From a candidate division FCPU426 bacterium (GTDB taxonomy: Bacteria > Oederibacteriota > JAAXVQ01 > JAUVAV01), in the NCBI GenBank assembly GCA_030637655.1, contig DAOWGI010000031.1, positions 9,588 to 73,587 of the forward strand: a stretch of 64,000 bases of DNA, in the 5' to 3' direction. The notes under the pieces are model-generated. The model was given only the letters and a program-made list of their open reading frames with translations, was not told the origin of the DNA and did no database searches. The position numbers and the translations under genes were made by a program. Below are positions 48,122-57,868 of the stretch, piece after piece (position 1 is the first letter of the stretch; each line of letters starts with the position of its first letter).

Positions 48122-48715
48122 ATGGAAAAAACAGGATTGGCAGTACTTTCGATTGTGGGTGTTGTCCTGGCAGTGTTTTTGTTGGTCTTGCTGGGTGTGG
48201 TTTTTTATGTAATCGGAAGTTATAACAGTTTGGTCAAAATGGATGAGTCCGTAAAAACCGCATGGTCACAAGTCGAGAATCAATTGCAGCGGCGCAATGA
48301 CCTGATTCCCAATTTGGTTAATACGGTCAAAGGGTACGCCTCACATGAGAAGGGGATTTTTGAGAATGTGGCTGAAGCCCGGGCCAAGTTGGCCGGGGCT
48401 CAAAACCGGAATGAAAAAATTGCTGCGGCCGGTGAAATGTCAAGTGTACTGGGACGTTTGTTTGCCATTGTAGAAAATTATCCACAACTCAAAGCGGACA
48501 TGAATTTTCGGCAACTACAGGATGAATTGGCCGGTACAGAGAACCGGATTGCGGTTGAACGTATGCGGTACAATGAGACTGTGAAGCTTTTTAATCAGAG
48601 CATCCGCGTTTTTCCCAAGAATATCATTGCCGGTATGTTCGGTTTTGAAAAAGCCAATTTATTTGAGGCGGAAGAAGGAAGCAAAGAAGTGCCGAAGGTT
48701 GATTTTACACAGTAG
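48122..48715 (+). CDS. lemA: LemA family protein
   Basis: QLQRRNDLIPNLV..KGYA.HE, ENYPQLKA, TENRIAVER..YN. Confidence 0.95.
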   Translation: MEKTGLAVLSIVGVVLAVFLLVLLGVVFYVIGSYNSLVKMDESVKTAWSQVENQLQRRNDLIPNLVNTVKGYASHEKGIFENVAEARAKLAGAQNRNEKIAAAGEMSSVLGRLFAIVENYPQLKADMNFRQLQDELAGTENRIAVERMRYNETVKLFNQSIRVFPKNIIAGMFGFEKANLFEAEEGSKEVPKVDFTQ

Positions 48716-48731
48716 GGACGATTGGGGACGT

Positions 48732-48834
48732 GGGGACGTTGATCGGTAATACGGTTATCCAGAATCACTAATATTTATGAAGAAATCCAAAGAGTCAGCA
48801 AATAAAGATAACCGTATTACCGATCAACGTCCCC
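48732..48834. mobile_element. 103-bp MITE-like element, left copy
   Basis: Perfect 28-bp TIR GGGGACGTTGATCGGTAATACGGTTATC. Confidence 0.85.
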
Positions 48835-48840
48835 CGAGGT

Positions 48841-49234
48841 GGAGTAGTCCGGGCGGCCGCTCTTGTGAGGGCGCGATGACCGCGCCCCTACAGGGGAGGA
48901 AAGTCCGAGCTCCCAGGGCAGAGTGCTGGGTAACACCCAGTCGCGGTGACGTGAAGGAAAGTGCCACAGAAAATATACCGCCCTGCACCCTTGTGGTGCA
49001 GGGTAAGGGTGAAATGGTGAGGTAAGAGCTCACCGCGCTCCGGGTGACCGGAGTGGCAGGGCAAACCCCGCTTGGAGCAAGACCAAATAGGAGGGATGTG
49101 TCTGGCAACAGACACAAACCACGGCCCGTGGTTCCCTCGGGTTGGTCGCTTGAGGCGCAGCGTAAGTTGCGTCCCAGATAAATGGTCGCCATCTCTGGCA
49201 ACAGAGAGACAGAACTCGGCTTATGGACTACTCC
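48841..49234 (+). ncRNA. rnpB: RNase P RNA (type A)
   Basis: GAGGAAAGTCC and ACAGAACTCGGCTTA conserved boxes; P1 pairing GGAGTAGTCC/GGACTACTCC; GAAAGTGCCACAGAAA; GGCAAACCCC..GGAGCAAG. Confidence 0.97.
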
Positions 49235-49262
49235 TTAATTTTTTTTCGCTTTACGAATGATT

Positions 49263-49365
49263 GGGGACGTTGATCGGTAATACGGTTATCCAAAATCACT
49301 AATATTTATGAAAAAATCCAAAGAGTCAGCAAATAAAGATAACCGTATTACCGATCAACGTCCCC
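49263..49365. mobile_element. 103-bp MITE-like element, right copy
   Basis: Direct repeat of 48732-48834 with 2 substitutions. Confidence 0.85.
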
Positions 49366-49387
49366 CCGTTACTTTGAGGTGGTTCCG

Positions 49388-50401
49388 ATGATTATTGTCA
49401 TGAAACCAGGCGTGCCCATGCAGGAAATTCGTCAGATCATGGAGCGCATAAAGAAAATGAAGTTAGCGCCGCATCTGCTGCGTGGTACTGAGCGCAATGT
49501 CATTGCAGTGATTGGTGATGAACGGAATTTGCAGCGAGAGCCCTTGGAAGCGATTCCCGGGGTGGAAAATGTCATGTCCGTACTCAAGCCCTATAAGCTG
49601 GCCAGTCTGGAAGGGCATCAAGAAAGAACAGTAATCAGCACCGGAGGTTTTGTAATTGGCGAAAAAAAAATAGCTGTCATCGCCGGTCCCTGTACAGTTG
49701 AAAACCAAAAGATGTTGCTGCAAACAGCACGTCATATCCAACGTCAGGGGGCCTGCGGTTTGCGGGGCGGGGTTTTTAAGCCGCGTACCAGTCCTTATGC
49801 TTTTCAGGGTTTGAAAAATGCCGGATTAAAAGTACTTGCTCAAGTACGCAAGAGTTGCCGGATTCCGGTGGTTACCGAAGTGTTGGATCCCCGCGATGTG
49901 AAAGCGGTTGCCAAGTGTGCGGATATATTGCAAGTGGGCACGCGTAATATGCAGAATTATGAACTTTTGAAAGCAGTTGGCAAACAGAAAAAGCCGGTAC
50001 TTCTCAAGCGCGGTATGGCCGCAGGGGTTGATGATTTTCTAATGTCAGCTGAATACATTATGGCGCAAGGAAATTATAAAGTGATTTTATGTGAGCGTGG
50101 GATTCGCACGTTTAATGATTATGCCCGGAACACTTTGGATTTAACCATCATCCCCGCCTTAAAAGAGAGAACACACTTGCCGGTTATCGTGGATCCGTCA
50201 CATGGTACGGGTAAGAGAAAATATGTGATGCCCATGGCGAGGGCCGCGATTGCCGCCGGAGCGGATGGGCTGTTGATTGAGGTGCATCCGCATCCGGAGC
50301 GGGCCTGGGTAGATGGCCGGCAATCACTTTCTTTGCAAGAATTCACAGAATTGATGAGAGAAATACAGAGTATAGCCCATGCTATTGGCAGGACTTTATA
50401 A
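49388..50401 (+). CDS. aroF: DAHP synthase class I-beta with N-terminal regulatory domain
   Basis: IAGPC, KPRTSPY.FQG, GTRNMQN, CERGIRTF, DPSHGTG. Confidence 0.95.
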   Translation: MIIVMKPGVPMQEIRQIMERIKKMKLAPHLLRGTERNVIAVIGDERNLQREPLEAIPGVENVMSVLKPYKLASLEGHQERTVISTGGFVIGEKKIAVIAGPCTVENQKMLLQTARHIQRQGACGLRGGVFKPRTSPYAFQGLKNAGLKVLAQVRKSCRIPVVTEVLDPRDVKAVAKCADILQVGTRNMQNYELLKAVGKQKKPVLLKRGMAAGVDDFLMSAEYIMAQGNYKVILCERGIRTFNDYARNTLDLTIIPALKERTHLPVIVDPSHGTGKRKYVMPMARAAIAAGADGLLIEVHPHPERAWVDGRQSLSLQEFTELMREIQSIAHAIGRTL

Positions 50402-50493
50402 TTGCGCGGTATGGGTGTATGAAAATTAAATATTTATAGGTATTTTATTGGCAATCCAGGGGAAAAAGAAAAATCCAGGAAGGATTCAAGCAG

Positions 50494-51777
50494 ATGAATC
50501 TTCGTATTATAATAACTACTGTTTTTATTTTTTTGATAGGAGCTTTAACCGTTCAGGCGGCAGCTTTTGGCGAACAAGGGAGCGGCACAGGAGACTTGTC
50601 CGGTCTTGACGGTTATCTTTATGCAACCCAGTACAACAATTCCACGGCTGGTAATATCAATCGTATTTTTGTGTATTTAACAGCCGCCGGCGCTACCGGA
50701 GCGCAGGGGAGAATGGCGGTTTACGACAATGGCGGAACCAACCTGCCGGAAAGTCTGGTAGTACAAAGCAATACCCAAACCCTGGTAGCTGGATGGAATG
50801 AATTCGTGGTGGCCTCAGCGGCAGTATCCGCTGGTACGTATTGGATTTCTTTTCAATTTGACACATCCAATACCCGGATTGGGTATTATATCGGCACTGT
50901 ACAACAAACACAATATAGAGCGTTTTCTCCTGTGCAATCGTTTCCTGCTTCTTGGGGCACACCCGATGGCAATGGTGCTTTTGATATCTGCATGTATGCT
51001 ACGGAAATCACTCCCACCCTAACAGTTACACCCACCTATACCGGAACTGCAACACCCACCTATACCCGGACAGCTACCCATTCGCCAACCAGTACAAATA
51101 CACCAACCTATACAATGACGAATACTGCTACTATAACTCCTACCAATACTGTAACCTCCACCTTGACTTCCACCTTAACACCCACACCGACCGGCACGAT
51201 TACACCAACATATACCGGTACGGTTTCACCGACACCGTTTATTTCCAGAACCTATACACCGACCGCTACATTTACGGCCACATCTTCTTTCACTCCCACT
51301 TCAACCATTACCATAACTTCGACCATTTCGCAAACAGCTACCGTGACTCCAACTTATACAGTTACTTTAACTTCAACCCCGGTCTATTCGCCGACCGTGA
51401 CACGTACCGGCACCATAACTCCCACGCTCACCACCACACCCACACCCCGTCAGGCCTATAATGATCTGACCGAAGTACGGGTGTTTCCCAATCCCTGGCG
51501 CGGCGATATTGTTAGGGTGCAAAGACGGGTTGTGATTGAAAATTTGACTAGGGATGCCACTGTGTATATCTATACTATAGACAGTCGACTGGTGAAGGAG
51601 ATTCCACCCGGAGCCAATGAAGACAATGGCCGGACCAACAATCCGGGTAACAATGGACGTGCGGAATGGGGCCTGGCCAACCAAGACGGCGATCCGGTGG
51701 CCTCAGGGGTGTATGTGTATGTGATTAAAGATCCGGCTGGTAATTTCAGACGAGGGAAAATTGCGATTTTAAAATGA
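50494..51777 (+). CDS. secreted protein with a long Thr/Pro-rich linker and a T9SS/FlgD-like C-terminal domain
   Basis: Signal peptide; TPT repeats ~51007-51447; VFPNPW..IYT..W..VASGVYVY. Confidence 0.85.
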   Translation: MNLRIIITTVFIFLIGALTVQAAAFGEQGSGTGDLSGLDGYLYATQYNNSTAGNINRIFVYLTAAGATGAQGRMAVYDNGGTNLPESLVVQSNTQTLVAGWNEFVVASAAVSAGTYWISFQFDTSNTRIGYYIGTVQQTQYRAFSPVQSFPASWGTPDGNGAFDICMYATEITPTLTVTPTYTGTATPTYTRTATHSPTSTNTPTYTMTNTATITPTNTVTSTLTSTLTPTPTGTITPTYTGTVSPTPFISRTYTPTATFTATSSFTPTSTITITSTISQTATVTPTYTVTLTSTPVYSPTVTRTGTITPTLTTTPTPRQAYNDLTEVRVFPNPWRGDIVRVQRRVVIENLTRDATVYIYTIDSRLVKEIPPGANEDNGRTNNPGNNGRAEWGLANQDGDPVASGVYVYVIKDPAGNFRRGKIAILK

Positions 51778-51804
51778 TTCACCGCGGCGAAATTAAATAT
51801 TTCT

Positions 51805-51862
51805 GTAGGGAACGGTCCCCCAACCGGAATTTTTGTAGGGAACGGTCGCGACCGTTCCCTAC
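51805..51862 (+). repeat. REP cluster (GTAGGGAACGGTC type)
   Basis: Partial copy plus a complete palindrome. Confidence 0.85.
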
Positions 51863-51886
51863 TTCGGGCAAGGAGGAGTTATTTCT

Positions 51887-52516
51887 ATGCCTCGCATTAC
51901 GGCCATTGAGATACAATCCAAACAAAAAAATCGACGTTCGATTTTTGTGGACCAGGAATTTATTTGCGGCCTGGATCAGTCAATAGTTGCCAAGCTGCGT
52001 TTGACGACCGGACAAGCAGTTGCGATCAAAGAGCTCAAGAACATAGTTCGGGAAGAAGAAATAAATTGGGCCAAGGAAAAATGTTTGCGTTGGTTGGATC
52101 ATCGGGCGCGAACTCGCCGGGAATTAGCCGGGCGTTTACAACAGCATGGGGTTGAACCTGAAGTGTCGGAAGCTGTTCTCAAGCGGTTGCAGGAAATCAA
52201 ACTGGTTGATGATGAAGCCTACGCGCGAGGGTTTATTCAAGAACGTGTGCGCTTACAAGGTGTTGGCCGGCGCCGGCTGCGTTTGGAATTAAGCAAACGT
52301 GGGCTAGATCATGAAATAATAGAGATGGCCCTGCAAGAGAACGTGGCTGAGGACGAGAACCAAGCCTGTGAGGCAGAGGCTAAAAGAAAGGTCCGAACGT
52401 ATGCCCGGTTGCCTGTTTTTGTTGCCAGGCGGCGGTTAATTGCTTTTTTAAGCCGTAAAGGATTTGATTTTGAGACCATAAACCCCATTGTGCGCCTGGT
52501 GCTGCCGGAAGAGTAA
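51887..52516 (+). CDS. recX: regulatory protein RecX
   Basis: RARTRRELAGRL, LVDDEAYA, G.RRLRLEL..RG, FLSRKGFD. Confidence 0.9.
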   Translation: MPRITAIEIQSKQKNRRSIFVDQEFICGLDQSIVAKLRLTTGQAVAIKELKNIVREEEINWAKEKCLRWLDHRARTRRELAGRLQQHGVEPEVSEAVLKRLQEIKLVDDEAYARGFIQERVRLQGVGRRRLRLELSKRGLDHEIIEMALQENVAEDENQACEAEAKRKVRTYARLPVFVARRRLIAFLSRKGFDFETINPIVRLVLPEE

Positions 52517-52597
52517 ACGGCGCGCGGTACTATATTTATTAAAAACGGGTACTGTCAAAAATAACATGAAAGAAAAATGAAATAATTTTCTGAAAAT

Positions 52598-52734
52598 ATC
52601 CACCACAAAGGCACAAAGAACACTAAGGAGCACTAAGGAAAAATTAAGTGATAAGAGTAAAACAATAAACATTAATAAATATTAATTTTGTGTTTCTTTG
52701 TGAACCTTTGAGCCTTTGTGCCTTTGTGGTGGAT
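52598..52734. repeat. CACCACAAAG-type inverted repeat element
   Basis: ATCCACCACAAAGGCACAAAG / CTTTGTGCCTTTGTGGTGGAT with ~9-nt internal periodicity. Confidence 0.75.
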
Positions 52735-52859
52735 CTTTTTAAGATATTTTATTATGGGGGAGATACCTATAAAACAAGAAAAATCCTGAATTACCAATAG
52801 TTTAAAGAATTGAAGATAAAATATTTTGACAATACCTAAAAACGCTGTTGGAGGCAAGT

Positions 52860-55487
52860 ATGCAAAGCAATGAAATCCGTCGAAAATTCATTGAGTATTT
52901 TAAAGAGCGTGGTCATATCCATCAACCCAGCGCCGGCCTGGTGCCGGATGATCCGACTGTGCTTTTTACAGTGGCAGGTATGGTCCAGTTCAAGCCGTAT
53001 TTTATGGGAACCGGTGCCAAACCCTTTACCCGGGCCGTGACTTCACAGAAATGCCTGCGAACCAATGATATTGAAAATGTAGGTTTTACGCCCCGGCACC
53101 ATACTTTTTTTGAGATGCTGGGTAATTTTTCTTTTGGTGATTATTTTAAAAAGGAGGCCATTGTCTGGTCCTGGGAGTTTTTAACCAAGGTTATTGGTTT
53201 GGATCAGGACAAACTCTGGGTTACTATTCACCGTGAGGATGATGAAGCGTATACGATCTGGAAAGAAGAGGTTAAAATTCCCGAAAAACGGATTGTGCGT
53301 ATGGGAGAGGAAACTAACTTCTGGACCATGGGAGAGACCGGGCCGTGTGGTCCCTGCAGTGAAATTCTCTATGATATTGGTCCGGTAGCCGGCAAACCCG
53401 AAGCCGGACCGGATGAGGATGAGGATCGCTATTTGGAAGTATGGAATTTGGTGTTTACTCAATACGACCGGCAGGCGGACGGCAGCAGGCAACCTTTGCC
53501 CCAAAAAAATATTGATACCGGCATGGGGTTGGAGCGTTTGGTCGCGGTCAGTCAAGGAGTTCCAACCAATTTTGATACGGATTTGTTCCAGCCGTTGATT
53601 CAAGCCATTGCCAAAGAAACCATGACGCGATATGGCAAGGATGCCAAAAGTGACAGCTCCCTGCGCGTGATCGCGGATCACATTCGCTGCGCTGCCTTTC
53701 TGATAACAGACGGCATATTGCCCGGCAATGAGGGTCGCGGCTATGTGTTGCGCCGGATTTTGCGCAGGGCAGTGCGGCATGGGAAATTGTTGGGGACCAG
53801 TGATGTTTTTCTGTATCGCTTAGTTCCTTATGTGGTGGAGCTGATGAAAGGCGCCTATGGGGAGATTGCCGAACGTCGCGAGCATGTAGTGGCTGTGGTC
53901 AAGGGGGAAGAAGACCGCTTTCAACATACGCTGGATTCCGGTCTGGCCATATTAAACGATATTATTGCGGAGATGAAAAAGGAGAAAAAAAGCAGTATTC
54001 CCGGCAAACAAATTTTTCAACTGTATGATACCTACGGTTTTCCTCTGGATTTGACCAGGGAAATTGCGCAGGAGCATAAACTGGTTTTAGATGAGGCAGG
54101 TTTTGAGCAGGCCATGAAAGAACAACGTGAGCGCGCTCGTTCTGCCTGGGTGGGTAGCGGTGAGAAAGATTTCGCGCCCCTGATTCGTGAGCTGGGCGGG
54201 AAATTGACGCCTACTCATTTTTGCGGATACCAGGAGTACAATACCAATGCGCAGGTTATGGCCGTGATCCATAAAGATAAGCAGGTTGAGCAGGCACAGG
54301 CCGGGGATGATATTATTGTGGTTCTCAACCACTCCACTTTCTATGCGGCTTCCGGCGGTCAAGTGGCGGATCAGGGAGAAATTATTACCGCGAACGGTAA
54401 AATGGAAGTCACTAATGTGTTGAAAAGTCCGGAAGGCTTGTATTTGCATTACGGCCAGGTAAGGCAGGGCAAGATAAGGCTGAATGAATCCGTAAAGGCG
54501 GCGATTAAACATTCCGAGCGTCGCGCTACAGTCCGGAATCATACGGGTACGCATCTTTTACACGCAGCTTTGCGTCAGGTATTGGGCAAGCATGTGGAAC
54601 AAGCCGGATCAGAAGTGCGGCCGGCTGGCTTCCGTTTTGACTTTAGCCATTTCCAGGCAGTCACGCAACGGGAATTGGATCGCGTTGAAGAAATTGTGAA
54701 TGTCCATATTCTGGAAAATCAACCGGTTGTGATCCAGGAAGTAGCAATCGAGGAAGCCAAAGCCAGGGGCGCGATGGCTTTGTTCGGTGAAAAGTACGGA
54801 GACGTAGTGCGCATGGTACAAATCGAAGAATTTTCCTGTGAATTATGCGGTGGCACGCATGTGCGGGCAACCGGAGATATCGGTATGGTTCGCATTACTT
54901 CTGAAGCCGGCGTGGCGGCCGGTGTGCGTCGGATCGAGGCCATTACCGGGGACTATGCTTTTCGGGAAACTAAACGCCAACAGTTGGTGCTGCGGGATGT
55001 GAGTGGAATTCTGCGTACCGCGGAAGCCGAGATTCCCACCCGGGTCGAGAAATTGCTGGCACGGGTCCGGGAACTGGAAAAAGAGAAGGAAAAAAATCAG
55101 CTCAAGCAAGCCGGTAAAAATGTTGACGATTTGGTAAAGCAGGCGCAGAATATAAACGGCATTACCTACATTGCGGCGGAATTGTCCGGATTTAATTCCA
55201 ATGCCTTGCGGGCTGCAGCAGATATACTAAAACAAAAGCTGGGTTCAGGTATGGTGGTCTTGGGCAGTGTGGCAGAAGGCAAAGCCTCATTGATTGCCGC
55301 GGCGACCAAAGATCTAGCCGGTAAAAAGATACATGCCGGGAATTTGGTGCGTGAAATTGCCAAGCAGATTGAGGGGTCGGGCGGTGGCCGGCCTGATTTT
55401 GGACAAGCAGGCGGAAAAAAACCTGAACAGATGGCTAAAGCGTTGGAAGCCACCAAGGCCGTTATTGAAAAAATGACGGCGAATTAA
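52860..55487 (+). CDS. alaS: alanine--tRNA ligase
   Basis: RHHTFFEMLGNFSFGDYFK, IDTGMGLER, NHTGTHLLH, ELCGGTH, GGGRPDFGQAGG. Confidence 0.98.
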   Translation: MQSNEIRRKFIEYFKERGHIHQPSAGLVPDDPTVLFTVAGMVQFKPYFMGTGAKPFTRAVTSQKCLRTNDIENVGFTPRHHTFFEMLGNFSFGDYFKKEAIVWSWEFLTKVIGLDQDKLWVTIHREDDEAYTIWKEEVKIPEKRIVRMGEETNFWTMGETGPCGPCSEILYDIGPVAGKPEAGPDEDEDRYLEVWNLVFTQYDRQADGSRQPLPQKNIDTGMGLERLVAVSQGVPTNFDTDLFQPLIQAIAKETMTRYGKDAKSDSSLRVIADHIRCAAFLITDGILPGNEGRGYVLRRILRRAVRHGKLLGTSDVFLYRLVPYVVELMKGAYGEIAERREHVVAVVKGEEDRFQHTLDSGLAILNDIIAEMKKEKKSSIPGKQIFQLYDTYGFPLDLTREIAQEHKLVLDEAGFEQAMKEQRERARSAWVGSGEKDFAPLIRELGGKLTPTHFCGYQEYNTNAQVMAVIHKDKQVEQAQAGDDIIVVLNHSTFYAASGGQVADQGEIITANGKMEVTNVLKSPEGLYLHYGQVRQGKIRLNESVKAAIKHSERRATVRNHTGTHLLHAALRQVLGKHVEQAGSEVRPAGFRFDFSHFQAVTQRELDRVEEIVNVHILENQPVVIQEVAIEEAKARGAMALFGEKYGDVVRMVQIEEFSCELCGGTHVRATGDIGMVRITSEAGVAAGVRRIEAITGDYAFRETKRQQLVLRDVSGILRTAEAEIPTRVEKLLARVRELEKEKEKNQLKQAGKNVDDLVKQAQNINGITYIAAELSGFNSNALRAAADILKQKLGSGMVVLGSVAEGKASLIAAATKDLAGKKIHAGNLVREIAKQIEGSGGGRPDFGQAGGKKPEQMAKALEATKAVIEKMTAN

Positions 55488-55489
55488 CC

Positions 55490-55806
55490 GTAGGGGCGCA
55501 CTGAGTGCGCCCGATCAACATATGCCTGTAGGGGCGAGATGACCTCGCCCACACAACTGAAATTCTTTGCAAAATGGAAAGAAAATTAACCGCCGATACA
55601 CGCAGATAAACGCAGATATTTATAGCTTAATGGATAAAAAAGATTTTTAATTTGCGTATATCGGCGTGTATCGGCGGCTAAATTTGATTCCGGCTTGTCC
55701 GGGTTAGGTTATTAGAATTTCGAATTTGCATTAATGTGTAGGGGCGACCCTGGCGGTCGCCCGATCAACAAATGCCGTAGGGGCGAGGTCACCTCGCCCA
55801 CACAAT
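55490..55806. repeat. composite: REP doublet - 140-bp repeat - REP doublet
   Basis: Doublets 55490-55556 and 55738-55806 share the linker GATCAACA.ATGCC and tail ACACAA; 140-bp copy at 55570-55710. Confidence 0.85.
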
Positions 55807-55822
55807 TCAAGGAGGTTTTACC

Positions 55823-56194
55823 ATGGATCATTTTAAAAAAATCTTTTTAGCAGGTGTAGGGGCGCTTAGTCTTTCCAAGGACCGAGCTAAAATTGTGGTC
55901 CGGGAACTTATTGCCCAAGGCAAAATCCGGGAAAAAGAGGGCCGCAAATTGGTGAACGATATGATGAAACGCGCTGAAAGCACGCGCAAAGATGTTGAGC
56001 ATACCATCAATGAACAAGTGGCTGTTGCTGTTAAGAAGATCAATCTGGTAACCCAAGATCAGCTAAAAAAAACGGAACGTCGCATCCATGATTTGGAGCG
56101 TGAACTGGCCAGGAAAAACAAGACCGCGTCGACTGCCAGGAAGACAGTAAAAAAAACCACGACTGTTCAAAAAAAATCTAGTGAAAACAGTTAA
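55823..56194 (+). CDS. phasin-like (PHA granule regulator family) protein
   Basis: KKIFLAGVGALSL..ELIAQGKI..EG; AGGAGG RBS; adjacent to ubiB-like gene. Confidence 0.8.
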   Translation: MDHFKKIFLAGVGALSLSKDRAKIVVRELIAQGKIREKEGRKLVNDMMKRAESTRKDVEHTINEQVAVAVKKINLVTQDQLKKTERRIHDLERELARKNKTASTARKTVKKTTTVQKKSSENS

Positions 56195-57868
56195 ATGATT
56201 CTGCTTCCAAATATTGGCAATGCCATTCAGGATATCAATCGTTTTGGTGAGATTCTGACAATTTTAACCCGTCATGGGTTTGGTTTTTTTATTGATCGCT
56301 TGCATTTGGAAGGGTATTTGCCGGCTAAAAGCCGGGTAACACGCCAAAAAAAAATCACAGCCTCAGTACCAACACGTATACGTCTCATGCTGGAGGAATT
56401 GGGTCCTACCTTTATTAAAATGGGCCAAATACTTTCCATGCGTCCGGACCTCCTGCCCCCGGACTTTATCAAGGAATTATCCAAATTACAAGACCGGGTC
56501 GCTCCCTTTACAGAACCCAGCGCAGAAAGTATTGTTTACGATGCCTTGGGCGGTCCGGTGAGTAAAATATTTAAATCCTTTACTAAAACTCCGTTCGCAG
56601 CTGCCTCCATTTCCCAGGTGCATGCGGCTGTGACCAAAGACAATAAAAAAGTAGTGGTAAAAGTACAGCGGCCCGGATTAAAACGTGTAGTGGAGTCGGA
56701 TCTGGAGATTTTACGGTTTTTGGCTCGAGCTTGGGAAAAGCTGGGAGACGTGGCTCTACCGCGAAAGCCGGTTGAGTTTATCGATGAATTTGAACAAATT
56801 ATTATCGCGGAATTGGATTTTATGACCGAGGCCCGGCATCTGGAACACTTTACCAAAAATTTTAAAAACCGTCCAGGCTATCATTTTACCAAAGTATATT
56901 GGTCCCTGACATCCTCCCGGTGCTTGACTTTAGAGTATATCGAAGGCAGGAAACTGACCGATTTACCCAACCGTATGACCACAGACGCGAAAAGCAAACT
57001 AGCTCAATCCTTGTTTGATGCCTACATTTACATGACTTTGGAGGATCGCTTTTTTCACGCTGACCCGCATGCCGGTAATTTCATACTGACGGTCGAGAAC
57101 AAATTGGCTTTTTTGGATGCCGGACAAGTAGGACGTTTAGATACGGAAACAGTGGTCGCATTTACCGATATGCTCCTGGCCTTGGTAAGTAAAGACAGCG
57201 ACAATTTGGTGGACGCCTATTTGCGCTTGGGTACCGCGGATGAGGGTGTTGATCGCCGGAGGTTAAAGCGCGATACCGGAATTTTTTTAGAACAGTATTA
57301 TGATTTTCCAGTGGAACGGATATCATTTGGCAAAGCCTTGCAGGATTTGATCGGCTTGAGTATGAAATACCGCATTACCTTGCCGCCGGATTTTGTCATT
57401 CTGGCTAAAACTTTTCTAGGTGTGGAAGGCCTGGCCAGAAAACTGAACCCAGAATTGAACTTGATAGATGCAGTCCAACCCATGGCTGAGGTTATTCTAC
57501 GCCGTCGTTACAAGCCGGAACAGATTGCCCGCGTGTTGTATGACCAACTGCAGGATCTTTGGCGGTTTTTAAAAGGTTTGCCCAATCAATTGCAGGACCT
57601 GTTGGGAAAGTTGCAGCATGGCCGGTTAAAGATTGAATTTGAGCACAAAGGACTGGAAGAGCTGCAGCACAAGCTGGATCGAGTCGGAAATCGGCTCTCG
57701 TTTTCCCTGGTCATTGCGGCCTTGATTGTGGGCTCTTCCTTGATTTTATCTTCGCAGATTGGTCCTAAGTGGGGAGGATTTTCCATCTTAGGCTTGATTG
57801 GCTTTTTGATGTCAGGTTTTTTTGGCTTTCTGCTGATCATCGCCATATTGCGTTCCGGCCGCATGTGA
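56195..57868 (+). CDS. ubiB: AarF/UbiB (ABC1) atypical kinase
   Basis: LGPTFIKMGQ, AAASISQVH, VKVQRP, FHADPHAGN, C-terminal TMs. Confidence 0.92.
   Translation: MILLPNIGNAIQDINRFGEILTILTRHGFGFFIDRLHLEGYLPAKSRVTRQKKITASVPTRIRLMLEELGPTFIKMGQILSMRPDLLPPDFIKELSKLQDRVAPFTEPSAESIVYDALGGPVSKIFKSFTKTPFAAASISQVHAAVTKDNKKVVVKVQRPGLKRVVESDLEILRFLARAWEKLGDVALPRKPVEFIDEFEQIIIAELDFMTEARHLEHFTKNFKNRPGYHFTKVYWSLTSSRCLTLEYIEGRKLTDLPNRMTTDAKSKLAQSLFDAYIYMTLEDRFFHADPHAGNFILTVENKLAFLDAGQVGRLDTETVVAFTDMLLALVSKDSDNLVDAYLRLGTADEGVDRRRLKRDTGIFLEQYYDFPVERISFGKALQDLIGLSMKYRITLPPDFVILAKTFLGVEGLARKLNPELNLIDAVQPMAEVILRRRYKPEQIARVLYDQLQDLWRFLKGLPNQLQDLLGKLQHGRLKIEFEHKGLEELQHKLDRVGNRLSFSLVIAALIVGSSLILSSQIGPKWGGFSILGLIGFLMSGFFGFLLIIAILRSGRM

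Noticed and set aside
48777-49260. Short ORFs on both strands
   Set aside because: They overlap the RNase P RNA and the MITEs; spurious.
52517-52859. T-box leader upstream of alaS
   Set aside because: No GGTGGNACC T-box motif or antiterminator found; the region is explained by an inverted-repeat element.
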